Below the pieces are notes generated by a model. That model had not been told where the DNA came from and did no database searches. It was given only the letters and a program-made list of their open reading frames with translations. 64,000 nucleotides of DNA from Sphingobacteriia bacterium (GTDB lineage: Bacteria > Bacteroidota > Bacteroidia > Bacteroidales > UBA7960), in the NCBI GenBank assembly GCA_011390575.1, contig JAABSE010000001.1:42328-106327 (forward strand), read 5' to 3'. Shown piece after piece: positions 29,740-39,648 of the stretch (its first letter is position 1; each line of letters starts with the position of its first letter). Made by a program: the position numbers and the translations under genes.

Positions 29740-32104
29740 AAAAATCGTTTTAAACCATTATAATGGCAACGCTAATAAGCAACAACAATTAGAAGTTAAA
29801 AAAAGCCTGCGTATAGCCAGGACATCCAAAGAAAGAGGATTGATACAGCCTCAGGCAAAGCTCTCAATGCCTGCTGAAATATTATTGATTACTTCCTATC
29901 CTCCCAGAGAATGCGGAATAGCCACCTATTCTCAGGATTTGATTCAAGCGTTAAGCAACAAATTCAGTCAGTCCCTGCAATTAAAAGTTTGTGCCCTCGA
30001 GTCCGGGGAAGATACTTTTTCCTATCCTGAGGAAGTAAAATATACCTTAAAGACATTTTTGCCCGATGGATATGCAAAACTTGCCAATGCTATCAACCTG
30101 GACCCTGATATCCAAATCGTTTTAATTCAGCATGAGTTTGGTTTTTTTGCGTCGCAGCAGCAGGCATTTTTAGATTTCATAAACCAGCTCACCAAACCCC
30201 TGGTTATCGTTTTTCATACCGTATTACCGCGGCCTGATGCCTCACTAAAAACTGCAGTACAGCAAATAGCGGCTTCCTGCGCTTCTGTGATCGTTATGAC
30301 CCATAATTCGATGGGTATCCTGACACACGATTATGATGTGTCCCGGGATAAAATATCAGTTATTGCCCATGGCACCCACCTGGTTTCATTTGTATCCCGT
30401 GCAGTACTGAAAAAAAAGTATGCACTTGGAAACCGCAAAATCCTCACTACGTTTGGGTTACTCAGCCGGGGCAAAAGTATAGAAACCACTATTGAGGCAC
30501 TGCCACAGATTGTGAGCCGGTTTCCTGATGCATTGTTTCTTGTGATTGGCAAAACACATCCCGAAGTCGTTAAAAATGATGGCGAGGAATACCGTGAGAG
30601 CCTGGAGGAAAAAGTAAAAGCCTACGGATTGGAAAATCATGTACAGTTTATCAATAAATACCTTCCCTTGCCTGAGCTCCTGGAGTATCTGCAACTAACT
30701 GACATATACCTTTTTACTACCAACGACCCCAATCAGGCTGTTAGTGGCACATTTGCCTATGCCATGAGTTGCGGATGCCCTGTTATTTCTACACCCATAC
30801 CCCATGCGCGGGAGGTTTTAACCAAAGATACAGGTATTATTTTCGACTTTGGTAACTCCGGTCAACTGGCAGAAAAGGTTGTTGATCTGCTTGATCATAA
30901 AAAATTGCGGGTTAGCATCAGAAACAACGCACTGCAAGCTATGACAGCCACAGCCTGGGAAAATTCTGCCATTTCACATGCTCTGCAGTTCGAACAATTG
31001 AGCCAGGGCAAAATAATCCTTACATACAACCGTCCTGCTATCAATCTGGCACATTTTAAAGCCATGACTACCCGTACCGGAATTGTGCAATTTGCCAAAA
31101 ACAACCTGCCCGATATGCGTTCGGGCTATACCCTCGATGATAACGCCAGGGCACTGATTGCTTCCTGTATGCATTATAAATTGATGGATGATGCGAAGAG
31201 CATGGCTAATATTCATGTTTACTTCAGCTTTATAAAACGATGCATTCTCCCTTCGGGACATTTCCTCAATTACATGGACACAGAGTTCCGGTTTACAGAG
31301 CAAAACTATGCCACCAATCTTGAAGACGCCAACGGTAGAGCTTTATGGGCCCTGGGGTATTTCATTTCCATGAGTAAGATCTTACCCGAAGAAATGGTTG
31401 CTGAAGCAAGTATGCTATTTAAACAAGCCATGGGTAAAGCTGAAAAGATACACTCTACAAGGGCTATGGCATTTGTTATAAAGGGGCTGTGTTTTTATTA
31501 CAAAACCTTTAGCGAGCCTGATGTGCTGGATTTGATAAAATCACTTGCCAACAGGCTGGAACGGATGTACAAGCATGAATCAGAGGCAAACTGGAAATGG
31601 TTTGAATCAAGCCTGACCTATGCCAACAGCCTGTTGCCAGAGGCCATGTTGTATGCATGGCAGGTGACAAACGATCCCCTTTACAGGAATATTGCTCTCA
31701 ATTCGCTGGACTTCCTGTTATCAAAAACCTTTAACGATGAGGGTATTGCTGTTGTTTCAAACAGGGGATGGATGTTAAAAGGAGAAAAGCCCAATCGATT
31801 TGGAGAACAACCCATTGATGTAGCTTATACCGTTATGGCCTTAAGTGCATTCTATGAAGAGTTTAAAAATGATTCTTACCGCGATAAAATGAATATTGCC
31901 TTCAACTGGTTTCTGGGCCGGAACTATTTGCACCAGATTATTTACAACCCTGTTACCGGAGGTTGCTACGACGGATTAGAAGAAAAAAACGTGAACCTTA
32001 ACCAGGGTGCTGAGTCAACAGTAAGTTACCTGATGGCACGATTAACAGTGGAACAGTATGCAGACTCCGCGAGACACATCAAAAAGACATTGAGCATCAC
32101 TTAA
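29732..32104 (+). CDS. GT4 glycosyltransferase fused to a six-hairpin glycosidase-like domain
   Basis: SYPPRECGIATY, QHEFG, QAVSGTFAYAM; C-terminal GYTLDDNARAL, FGEQPID, NQGAEST. Confidence 0.88.
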   Translation: MDKKIVLNHYNGNANKQQQLEVKKSLRIARTSKERGLIQPQAKLSMPAEILLITSYPPRECGIATYSQDLIQALSNKFSQSLQLKVCALESGEDTFSYPEEVKYTLKTFLPDGYAKLANAINLDPDIQIVLIQHEFGFFASQQQAFLDFINQLTKPLVIVFHTVLPRPDASLKTAVQQIAASCASVIVMTHNSMGILTHDYDVSRDKISVIAHGTHLVSFVSRAVLKKKYALGNRKILTTFGLLSRGKSIETTIEALPQIVSRFPDALFLVIGKTHPEVVKNDGEEYRESLEEKVKAYGLENHVQFINKYLPLPELLEYLQLTDIYLFTTNDPNQAVSGTFAYAMSCGCPVISTPIPHAREVLTKDTGIIFDFGNSGQLAEKVVDLLDHKKLRVSIRNNALQAMTATAWENSAISHALQFEQLSQGKIILTYNRPAINLAHFKAMTTRTGIVQFAKNNLPDMRSGYTLDDNARALIASCMHYKLMDDAKSMANIHVYFSFIKRCILPSGHFLNYMDTEFRFTEQNYATNLEDANGRALWALGYFISMSKILPEEMVAEASMLFKQAMGKAEKIHSTRAMAFVIKGLCFYYKTFSEPDVLDLIKSLANRLERMYKHESEANWKWFESSLTYANSLLPEAMLYAWQVTNDPLYRNIALNSLDFLLSKTFNDEGIAVVSNRGWMLKGEKPNRFGEQPIDVAYTVMALSAFYEEFKNDSYRDKMNIAFNWFLGRNYLHQIIYNPVTGGCYDGLEEKNVNLNQGAESTVSYLMARLTVEQYADSARHIKKTLSIT

Positions 32105-32112
32105 ATACGATA

Positions 32113-32745
32113 ATGAAGCATGTAGCCATAATAGTTGCCCACCCCGATGATGAAACATTATGGGCAGGGGGTATAATTCTTAGCAAACCGCATTGGAGAT
32201 GTTTTATTGTTTCCCTTTGCAATGCTAATGATAAAAACCGTTCTCAATGTTTTTATAAAGCTTTAAAACAACTGAGAGTCAATGGTGTTATGGGGAACCT
32301 TGACGACGGGCCAACACAGGACCCGCTGTCATATGAAGTCGTTGAAAAAGAAATATTGAAGCTTTTACCTTCTCAGCCATACGATCTGATTATTACACAT
32401 AGTCCTTCCGGGGAGTATACCCGGCATTTGCGTCAAGAAGAAACAGGAGCTGCTGTAATTGCTATGTGGCTGGCCGGAAAGATAACGACAAAAAAGCTTT
32501 GGACCTTTGCCTATGAGGATGGAAACAAAGCGTATTATCCGGGATCTGCAAAGGACGCCACAATAAACATAATGCTGACAAAGCGATTATGGCAAAAAAA
32601 ATACAACCTCATTATCCATACATACGGTTTCAAAAAGAATAGCTGGGAGGCGCGGGTAACTCCTAAAAATGAATCTTTCCACGAATTTACCGACTCGTTG
32701 CATGCCTTGCAATGGTCATCGAATCTCAAAAAACAGCATGTATAA
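32113..32745 (+). CDS. PIG-L/LmbE family deacetylase
   Basis: VAHPDDE motif; THSPSGEYTRH. Confidence 0.8.
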   Translation: MKHVAIIVAHPDDETLWAGGIILSKPHWRCFIVSLCNANDKNRSQCFYKALKQLRVNGVMGNLDDGPTQDPLSYEVVEKEILKLLPSQPYDLIITHSPSGEYTRHLRQEETGAAVIAMWLAGKITTKKLWTFAYEDGNKAYYPGSAKDATINIMLTKRLWQKKYNLIIHTYGFKKNSWEARVTPKNESFHEFTDSLHALQWSSNLKKQHV

Positions 32746-32795
32746 TGCGATATTATATTACAGCATGATTTTTAAGTATCAAAATTCATCACAAT

Positions 32796-32861
32796 CTGTG
32801 AATTATGTAACTATTTCTTTATTGTATGTAACCCTTTTCAAGACAGGGAGATTTACCTTTA
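32796..32861 (+). promoter_or_regulatory. Island promoter module, site 3
   Basis: CTGTGAATTATGTAA; TGTAA 32806 and 32827; TACCTTTA 32854. Confidence 0.78.
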
Positions 32862-32900
32862 TGGAAGATTTAATTTATTCACATTTAAAAATCAATTGCA

Positions 32901-33086
32901 ATGGAAAAATCTGTTTGGAAAGGAAACTGGAACGAGCAAAAAGGCAAGCTCAAACAAAAATATGCTAATCTCACTGACGATGATCTGATGTATACTGAAG
33001 GTAAAGAAGATGAACTGTTGGGAAGACTTCAGAAAAAGCTTGGAAAATCAAAAGAAGAAGTTGAAAAGCTTATGTCAGACCTCTGA
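32901..33086 (+). CDS. CsbD/YjbJ general stress protein
   Basis: KGNWNEQKGKLKQKYANLTDDDL...GKEDELLGRLQKKLGK. Confidence 0.92.
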   Translation: MEKSVWKGNWNEQKGKLKQKYANLTDDDLMYTEGKEDELLGRLQKKLGKSKEEVEKLMSDL

Positions 33087-33123
33087 TAGAGAAGTATCGA
33101 CACTTATCGCCCAAAAACTTCAC

Positions 33124-33237
33124 CCTCACGCAGAGAGAACTCAGGGAAATTGCAGGATAAATAAAATTTGGAATACCGTATTTGTATTTGTTTTACTTCC
33201 GGAATCTTGCTTAAAAACCCAGAGTCTCTGCGTGAGG
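33124..33237. repeat. Inverted-repeat-bounded intergenic element
   Basis: CCTCACGCAGAGA...TCTCTGCGTGAGG (13-bp perfect inverted repeat). Confidence 0.55.
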
Positions 33238-33348
33238 TTCTATTCTGTCTTTTTATGAATGAAAACCTGGCACCATTCTAATCGAAAGCATTGTTTGAGC
33301 CATACTACATAATAAAACTGTTATTGCAACATACTCAAAGGTAATACT

Positions 33349-34194
33349 GTGAAAAAAATCATTTCCGTCAGAAAGATTATACCCAAACTGCCCGATGTAA
33401 AGAAACAGGCCATAAAGCTAAGCGAGACAACCCTTGATACAACAAAAAAAGCCAATGTTTTCTTTTCAGCGATAGGTGATTTTTTCCTGTTTCTTTGGCT
33501 AACAACAAAAGCAACATTTTCCCGTGGGTTTGAGTTTCAGGAGTTTCTAAGGCAATGTTATCAGATTGGCAATAAGACCTTGCCGCTTATTTCCGTCACC
33601 GGGCTTGTTATTGGTCTGGTGCTTACTATACAATCACGTCCGGTGCTGGTAGATTTTGGTGCAGAATCGATGCTTCCGGCAATGGTCGCCTTATCTATCA
33701 TAAGAGAGATGGGGCCGGTAGTTACTGCCTTGATATGTGCCGGAAAAATTGGGTCAGGAATGGGGGCCGAGCTGGGCTCCATGAAAGTGACTGAACAAAT
33801 TGACGCCATGGAAGTATCTTCGGCCAATCCCATCAGGTTTCTGGTGGTTACCAGGGTGCTTGCTGCAACCATCATGATACCCATTCTGGTATTGTATGCC
33901 GATGCCCTGGGCATATTAGGAAGCTGGGCCGGTGCGAATATAAAAGGGAGTGTAACATTCGTGTTATTTTTTACCCAGGCATTCAGTGCTATATCCTTTA
34001 TGGATTTTATTCCCGCAGTTATCAAAACATTCTTCTTTGGTGCCGCTATTGGATTTGTGGGTTGCTATAAAGGGTTTACTGCCGGGCGCGGTACCGAAAG
34101 TGTTGGTAAAGCTGCCAACTCTGCCGTGGTACTTGCTTCTTTGTTTGTGATACTTATCGATTTGATTGCTGTGCAAATTACCGACATGCTTTAA
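33349..34194 (+). CDS. MlaE-family ABC permease
   Basis: IREMGPV, GAELGSMKVTEQIDAMEV. Confidence 0.92.
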   Translation: MKKIISVRKIIPKLPDVKKQAIKLSETTLDTTKKANVFFSAIGDFFLFLWLTTKATFSRGFEFQEFLRQCYQIGNKTLPLISVTGLVIGLVLTIQSRPVLVDFGAESMLPAMVALSIIREMGPVVTALICAGKIGSGMGAELGSMKVTEQIDAMEVSSANPIRFLVVTRVLAATIMIPILVLYADALGILGSWAGANIKGSVTFVLFFTQAFSAISFMDFIPAVIKTFFFGAAIGFVGCYKGFTAGRGTESVGKAANSAVVLASLFVILIDLIAVQITDML

Positions 34195-34373
34195 AAAAAA
34201 AGAACCATGACAATTCTATTGACACACACACGGATGATTATAATACGCAGCATGGCAAAACACGCAGTCACAGTCTTGCTGGCGATTTATCCCGCTTTTC
34301 GCGGGAGCGCTCCACGTATGCGCGGGACAGGTATCTGACCGGATTAATCAAATTTTAAACAGAAGAACCAATC

Positions 34374-35147
34374 ATGGCTTCAACAGAAACCAATATAACG
34401 GAAAAAGTCGCCGCTGTCCGCACCCAGGTTATTGAAATAAATAATCTCAGGAAAAGCTTTGACAACGTGGCGGTTTTGAAAGACCTTTCTTTGTCACTTT
34501 TCGACAATGAAAACCTGGTGGTATTGGGCAAATCGGGTTCAGGCAAATCGGTACTGATCAAATGCATCGTGCGCTTATTATGGCCGGACCATGGAATTAT
34601 AAAGGTATTTGGCGAAAACGTGAACGAATTAAACAACAAAGAATTAGGTATTCTGCGACAAAAAATCGGATTTCTTTTTCAAAGTGGTGCATTGTATGAT
34701 TCCATGACCATCAAACAAAACCTGGAATTTCCTCTGAAAAGATTAAAAAAGAACCTTTCCCGAAGAGAAATGGACGAGAAAATAGCTGAGGTTTTAGAAA
34801 ATGTAGGTTTGTCCAATACTTCGAACAAAATGCCCTCCGAATTATCAGGAGGTATGCGCAAGCGGGCAAGTCTGGCACGCACCGTAGTGGTTGATCCCAT
34901 GATTATGCTATACGACGAACCCACAACAGGGCTCGACCCGGTAACTTCGGACGAAATAAGTTACCTTATCAATGATGTGCAGAAAAAGTACAAAACATCA
35001 TCCATCATCATCACACATGATATTGAATGCGCCCGTGCTACAGCCGATCGTGTTATCATGTTACAGGATGGAGAAGTGTATCTGGAAGGAGACATCGATG
35101 CCTTTAATGATTCAAAGGATGAACTGATAAAATCTTTTTTCAAATAA
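34374..35147 (+). CDS. MlaF-like ABC ATPase
   Basis: GKSGSGKS, FQSGALYDS, LSGGMRKR, YDEPTTGLDP. Confidence 0.93.
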   Translation: MASTETNITEKVAAVRTQVIEINNLRKSFDNVAVLKDLSLSLFDNENLVVLGKSGSGKSVLIKCIVRLLWPDHGIIKVFGENVNELNNKELGILRQKIGFLFQSGALYDSMTIKQNLEFPLKRLKKNLSRREMDEKIAEVLENVGLSNTSNKMPSELSGGMRKRASLARTVVVDPMIMLYDEPTTGLDPVTSDEISYLINDVQKKYKTSSIIITHDIECARATADRVIMLQDGEVYLEGDIDAFNDSKDELIKSFFK

Positions 35148-35181
35148 ACAAACAACAGCCAAAACACAAATAGCTAACAAG

Positions 35182-36150
35182 ATGGAAAATAATTCACCCG
35201 CTTTTAAAGCACGCTTAGGGCTCTTTATTTTTATAGGACTGGCAATTTTTGTCATTGCTATATTTTATATCGGGAAACAGCAAAACCTGTTTAATCCCGT
35301 TTTTAAAGTAACCGCTAATTACTTTAATGTTAGTGGTCTTCAGGTAGGCAATAATGTACGTTTTTCGGGTATCAACGTAGGGATTGTTGACAAAATCAGC
35401 ATTATTAATGATTCAACGGTTCAGGTTGACATGCTTATAAGAAAAAATGTGCAGGAGTTTATAAAAGCAGATAGCGAAGCAGCTATAGGCTCATCGGGTA
35501 TTATTGGCGATCGTATTGTTATTATAGCACAGGGTAGCAATAACGCAGCAACCGTTATCGACGGTCAACGCATCCGCTCTATTGAACCCGTTGAAACCGA
35601 TGCCATAATTGCAAGTTTACAGGTAACGGCCAGCAGTGCTGAAGTTATTACCAATCAACTTGCTGAAATTATGGAAAATATCAATAGCGGAAAAGGCATG
35701 CTTGGCCGGCTTATTGTAGACTCTACCATTGCCGAAAACGTAAATCAGACCATTGCCAACTTTATGAAAAGTTCGGAAGGGCTGGATGAAACCATTGAAG
35801 TAACCAAAGAAAACGTGTTTGAATTTATGGAGAAACTGCAACTCACCGTGGCCAAAACAGAAATTGCCTCCAATGCCCTGGGAGAGATCATGGTGAAGAT
35901 AAACAGTGGAGAGGGAACTTTGGGCATGTTGATTCAGGATACTACCATGGCATACAACCTGGACCGGACCCTGATCAACCTGAAGCAAAGCACGCGAGGG
36001 CTGGATGAGAACATGGAAGCCCTTAAGCACAACATATTTTTCAGAGGATATTTCAGGAAACAAGCAGAACAAAAAGAACTTGAAAGAAAGCAACAGGAGA
36101 AAGCAACACCCGCTAAACAAGACAGTATAACTGCCCCCGGAGAGCCTTAA
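35182..36150 (+). CDS. MlaD/MCE-domain protein with long helical extension
   Basis: GLQVGNNVRFSGINVG; repeated INSGxGxLG; FFRGYF. Confidence 0.9.
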   Translation: MENNSPAFKARLGLFIFIGLAIFVIAIFYIGKQQNLFNPVFKVTANYFNVSGLQVGNNVRFSGINVGIVDKISIINDSTVQVDMLIRKNVQEFIKADSEAAIGSSGIIGDRIVIIAQGSNNAATVIDGQRIRSIEPVETDAIIASLQVTASSAEVITNQLAEIMENINSGKGMLGRLIVDSTIAENVNQTIANFMKSSEGLDETIEVTKENVFEFMEKLQLTVAKTEIASNALGEIMVKINSGEGTLGMLIQDTTMAYNLDRTLINLKQSTRGLDENMEALKHNIFFRGYFRKQAEQKELERKQQEKATPAKQDSITAPGEP

Positions 36151-36151
36151 A

Positions 36152-37969
36152 ATGCAATGGAAAAGTATCATAATAGTTGCGATTGCAATAGGTTTGGCAA
36201 ATAGCTTTGCATTTGCTCAGCAGGATCCTGCACCTAAAGATACCACCCATTTATACGAAAATATTGAGACGTATTCCGAGCGCAGCAAATTTACTCAACT
36301 TATGTTCCGGCTGTTTTTTAAGCCGGTAGCCCCGGGCAATGTGACCAGCAAACCGGCAGCCAGGCTTAAGCAGGTTCCTTACAGCTCCTTTGAAGGAAAA
36401 ATTATCAGGCATATAAACATCGTAACACTCGATCCGTTTGGAAATTCTATAGGCGATACCATTTCAGGTTCACTAAGTTTCTTCACCCGCACGGGTAATA
36501 AGATGCACGTGAAAACCCGCGAAAGCACCATTCGCAATCTGCTGCTTTTTAAGGAAAACCAGGTTTTCGATTCGTTATTGGTAAAAGAATCAGAGCGATT
36601 GGTGCGCAGCAACGTTTATATTACCGACGTGTTATTTTATGTTGAGCAATCCAGCGAATACGCCGATTCGGTAGATGTTTTTATTCGCGAGCTGGATAAG
36701 TGGAGCATTATACCCGGAGGGAGCCTCTCCTCAACGCGCGTGACATTTACACTGAGAGAAGAGAACTTTATCGGGCTGGGACACGAGTTTCGCAATGGTA
36801 TTGTATGGAATCATACCACCGGAGATTATGCTTTCAGAACCAGATACCACATTCCTAACTTCCGCAACACCTTTATTAATGCAACGCTGCAATACGGAAC
36901 CGACGAATACGGGAATTTTGTCAAAAGATTTGCAATGGATCGCCCGTTTTATTCCCCGTTTGCCCGTTGGGCAGCAGGACTCGATATTTCGCAGCACCGG
37001 CGCAAGGATTCAGTCTGGGCCGGTAATTTTATGCAGTTTAAATACAATGCACAGGATGTGTGGGCAGGGAGTGCTATCCCTTTATTCAGTGGCAACACCG
37101 AATACAGTCGTACAACGAATTTGATCTCTGCTGTCCGGTTTATCCGGATACGTTACCTGGAAAAACCCCCGGCAACAGTGGATACACTGCAGTACTATAC
37201 CAACGAAAATTTTTACCTGGCCAGTATAGGAATTTCAACACGGCAATACGTACAAGATAAATATATTTTTAAATTTGGTATTACTGAAGATGTGCCCGTG
37301 GGCAGGGTAATGAGCTTTACCACAGGATATCAGCAAAAAAACAATTTTGGACGTTATTATCTGAAAGCCCGCTGGTCGTCGGGCAACTATCATCCCTGGG
37401 GATACCTGAGCTCACACCTGGAAGTGGCCTCTTTTGTTTATCGCTCTGCCACCCAGCAGGGGGTAGTGGATGCCGGGGCCAGTTATTTTACCAACATGAT
37501 AACCCTGGGAAACTGGAAACTCAGGCAATTCATTAAGCCACGGGCAACCTTTGGTATCAGGCGTACGGATTATGATCAGCTGAGCATAAATGACGGATAT
37601 GGGATTGACGGTTTCAGCAGCCCGCAACTGGCAGGAAACAGCAGGTTGCTTTTAACATCACAAACACAGGTATATGCACCCTGGGATTTCATTGGCTTTC
37701 ACTTTGGCCCTTATTTTACCTTCGCACTGGGAATGCTTGGCGACAGAGACAGTGGGTTTCGCAACAGCAAGGTGTATTCGCAATTCGGGGTGGGTGTTTT
37801 AATCAAAAACGACAACCTGGTGATGAATGCTTTTCAGGTTTCTCTTTCTTTTTATCCTGTTATGCCCGACAAAGGAAATAATATCTTTTTATTCAACTCT
37901 TTCCAGACTACTGACTTTGGATTTCGTGATTTTGAGATTGGGAAACCAGCAGTAGTGGTGTTTGAGTGA
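36152..37969 (+). CDS. Omp85/TamA-like outer-membrane protein
   Basis: Signal peptide; POTRA-like KTRESTIRNLLLFKE...ESERLVR; ENFIGLGH; aromatic beta-strands. Confidence 0.65.
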   Translation: MQWKSIIIVAIAIGLANSFAFAQQDPAPKDTTHLYENIETYSERSKFTQLMFRLFFKPVAPGNVTSKPAARLKQVPYSSFEGKIIRHINIVTLDPFGNSIGDTISGSLSFFTRTGNKMHVKTRESTIRNLLLFKENQVFDSLLVKESERLVRSNVYITDVLFYVEQSSEYADSVDVFIRELDKWSIIPGGSLSSTRVTFTLREENFIGLGHEFRNGIVWNHTTGDYAFRTRYHIPNFRNTFINATLQYGTDEYGNFVKRFAMDRPFYSPFARWAAGLDISQHRRKDSVWAGNFMQFKYNAQDVWAGSAIPLFSGNTEYSRTTNLISAVRFIRIRYLEKPPATVDTLQYYTNENFYLASIGISTRQYVQDKYIFKFGITEDVPVGRVMSFTTGYQQKNNFGRYYLKARWSSGNYHPWGYLSSHLEVASFVYRSATQQGVVDAGASYFTNMITLGNWKLRQFIKPRATFGIRRTDYDQLSINDGYGIDGFSSPQLAGNSRLLLTSQTQVYAPWDFIGFHFGPYFTFALGMLGDRDSGFRNSKVYSQFGVGVLIKNDNLVMNAFQVSLSFYPVMPDKGNNIFLFNSFQTTDFGFRDFEIGKPAVVVFE

Positions 37970-38012
37970 TATTTATTAACAATCTCGTTTTTTACATAAA
38001 ACTGATAGAAAT

Positions 38013-39335
38013 ATGAATTCAGAAGACCTTAATGTTAAGTCACTGGGCAAACCTGCCCTGCAGTCCATCTTAAAACCTTCTTCTTTGTCAAAAGACGATT
38101 CTTTTGGTTTTGTTGAAGATGAAGACAGGGTTTTGCTGGATGCATCCCTGAAGCATTTTTTGTATTGCAAAGAAAGTAATACTACACCGTTTTCTTTTGA
38201 AAAAGCCGGACCCCATCAGCATCTGTTTTTCAAATCCGAAGACACCAGGGTAGCCATTGTTACCTGTGGAGGATTGTGCCCGGGAGTAAACGATGTGATA
38301 CAAAGTCTGGTTAATCAATTAAGCTATCGGTATTATGTGAAGCAAATCATTGGCATTCAGTATGGTTTTCAGGGGTTTATCAAAGAATACAATCATCCGG
38401 TGGTTGAGCTTACTCCTAAAAGCATTGATAAAATACATCTCTTCGGGGGTACCTTGCTTGGAAGCTCACGCGGGAAACAGGATACAGCGCAGATTGTTGA
38501 CCGGCTGATTGAACTGGACATTGATATACTCTTCTGTATTGGCGGAGATGGTACCCTGAGAGGAGCACATGCCATACACCAGGAAATTGTAAAGCGAAAT
38601 CTTTTGATTGCTGTGGCTGGAATTCCCAAAACCATTGACAATGATATCAGCTTTATTGACAAATCTTTTGGGTTCGAAACAGCATTCACCATTGCAGGAG
38701 GTATCATTCGATCGGCTCATAATGAGGCCATTGGAGCGTGGAATGGTATAGCCCTCGTAAAACTTATGGGACGAAACTCCGGCTTTGTTGCCGCCAACGC
38801 TGCCCTTGCCATGCGCGAAGTGAATTTTGTTCTTGTACCCGAAGACCCATTCGAACTCCACGGTTCAAAAGGTTTTCTGAAGGCACTGCGCAAACGACTG
38901 GAAAATCGTCATCATGCCCTGGTGGTCATAGCTGAAGGTGCCGGACAAAATCTCTTTGATACTGCAAATACAGAGAAAGACGCATCCGGTAACATTTTAA
39001 ACAAAGACATAGGGCTGTTTCTGAAGCAAAAAATATCCGAAGAATTTCATTCGGCGAATTTCCCCTTTACGCTTAAATACATTGATCCCAGCTATATTCT
39101 GCGCAGTACCCCTGCCAATGCCAACGACAGCAAATTCTGCGGACTCCTTGCCCAGAATGCGGTGCATGCCGCAATGGCAGGCAAAACAGATTTTGTAGTA
39201 GGCCATTGGAATGACCATTTCACGCTGATACCTATTCCCCTGGCGGTATCGGAAACAAAAAGAATTGATGTGGATGGTGAGTTATGGTGGAATGTACTGG
39301 AATCCACAGGCCAGCCATCAAAGATGAGAACTTGA
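38013..39335 (+). CDS. 6-phosphofructokinase (PfkA family, likely ATP-dependent)
   Basis: TCGGLCPG, GGDGT, PKTIDND, MGR, AEGAGQ, YILR. Confidence 0.9.
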   Translation: MNSEDLNVKSLGKPALQSILKPSSLSKDDSFGFVEDEDRVLLDASLKHFLYCKESNTTPFSFEKAGPHQHLFFKSEDTRVAIVTCGGLCPGVNDVIQSLVNQLSYRYYVKQIIGIQYGFQGFIKEYNHPVVELTPKSIDKIHLFGGTLLGSSRGKQDTAQIVDRLIELDIDILFCIGGDGTLRGAHAIHQEIVKRNLLIAVAGIPKTIDNDISFIDKSFGFETAFTIAGGIIRSAHNEAIGAWNGIALVKLMGRNSGFVAANAALAMREVNFVLVPEDPFELHGSKGFLKALRKRLENRHHALVVIAEGAGQNLFDTANTEKDASGNILNKDIGLFLKQKISEEFHSANFPFTLKYIDPSYILRSTPANANDSKFCGLLAQNAVHAAMAGKTDFVVGHWNDHFTLIPIPLAVSETKRIDVDGELWWNVLESTGQPSKMRT

Positions 39336-39350
39336 ATTTACCGTCCGAAT

Positions 39351-39416
39351 CTGTGATTTATGTAATATTTTCAAAACTTTTCGTAACAATTTCAGTATTG
39401 GATTGGCTTACCTTTA
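39351..39416 (+). promoter_or_regulatory. Island promoter module, site 4
   Basis: CTGTGATTTATGTAA; TGTAA 39361, CGTAA 39382, TACCTTTA 39409. Confidence 0.78.
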
Positions 39417-39439
39417 AAGCTAACTTAAATTAGTATATT

Positions 39440-39625
39440 ATGCCACTCTTAACTATTTTTATTGTATTAATCGTTGCAGGTCTCTTGTTATGGCTTGTCA
39501 ATACCTTCATTCCTATGGATCGCAAAATCAAAAGCATCCTGAATGTGGTTGTTGTAATAGTTGTTATCATCTGGCTTCTCAATGTTTTTGGGGTTCTGGA
39601 TAATCTGGGCAGCATACACATTTAA
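39440..39625 (+). CDS. Small two-TM protein (Thivi_2564-like)
   Basis: LIVAGLLLWLVNTFIPMDRKIKSILNVVVVIVVIIWLL. Confidence 0.82.
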   Translation: MPLLTIFIVLIVAGLLLWLVNTFIPMDRKIKSILNVVVVIVVIIWLLNVFGVLDNLGSIHI

Positions 39626-39648
39626 TGTCTGTTTGAAGGCGGAAAATC

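Noticed and set aside
34207-34338. 43-codon ORF between mlaE and mlaF
   Set aside because: No recognisable features; runs through a small GC-rich palindrome (TCCCGCTTTTCGCGGGA, similar to one near 45088) that is probably an insert
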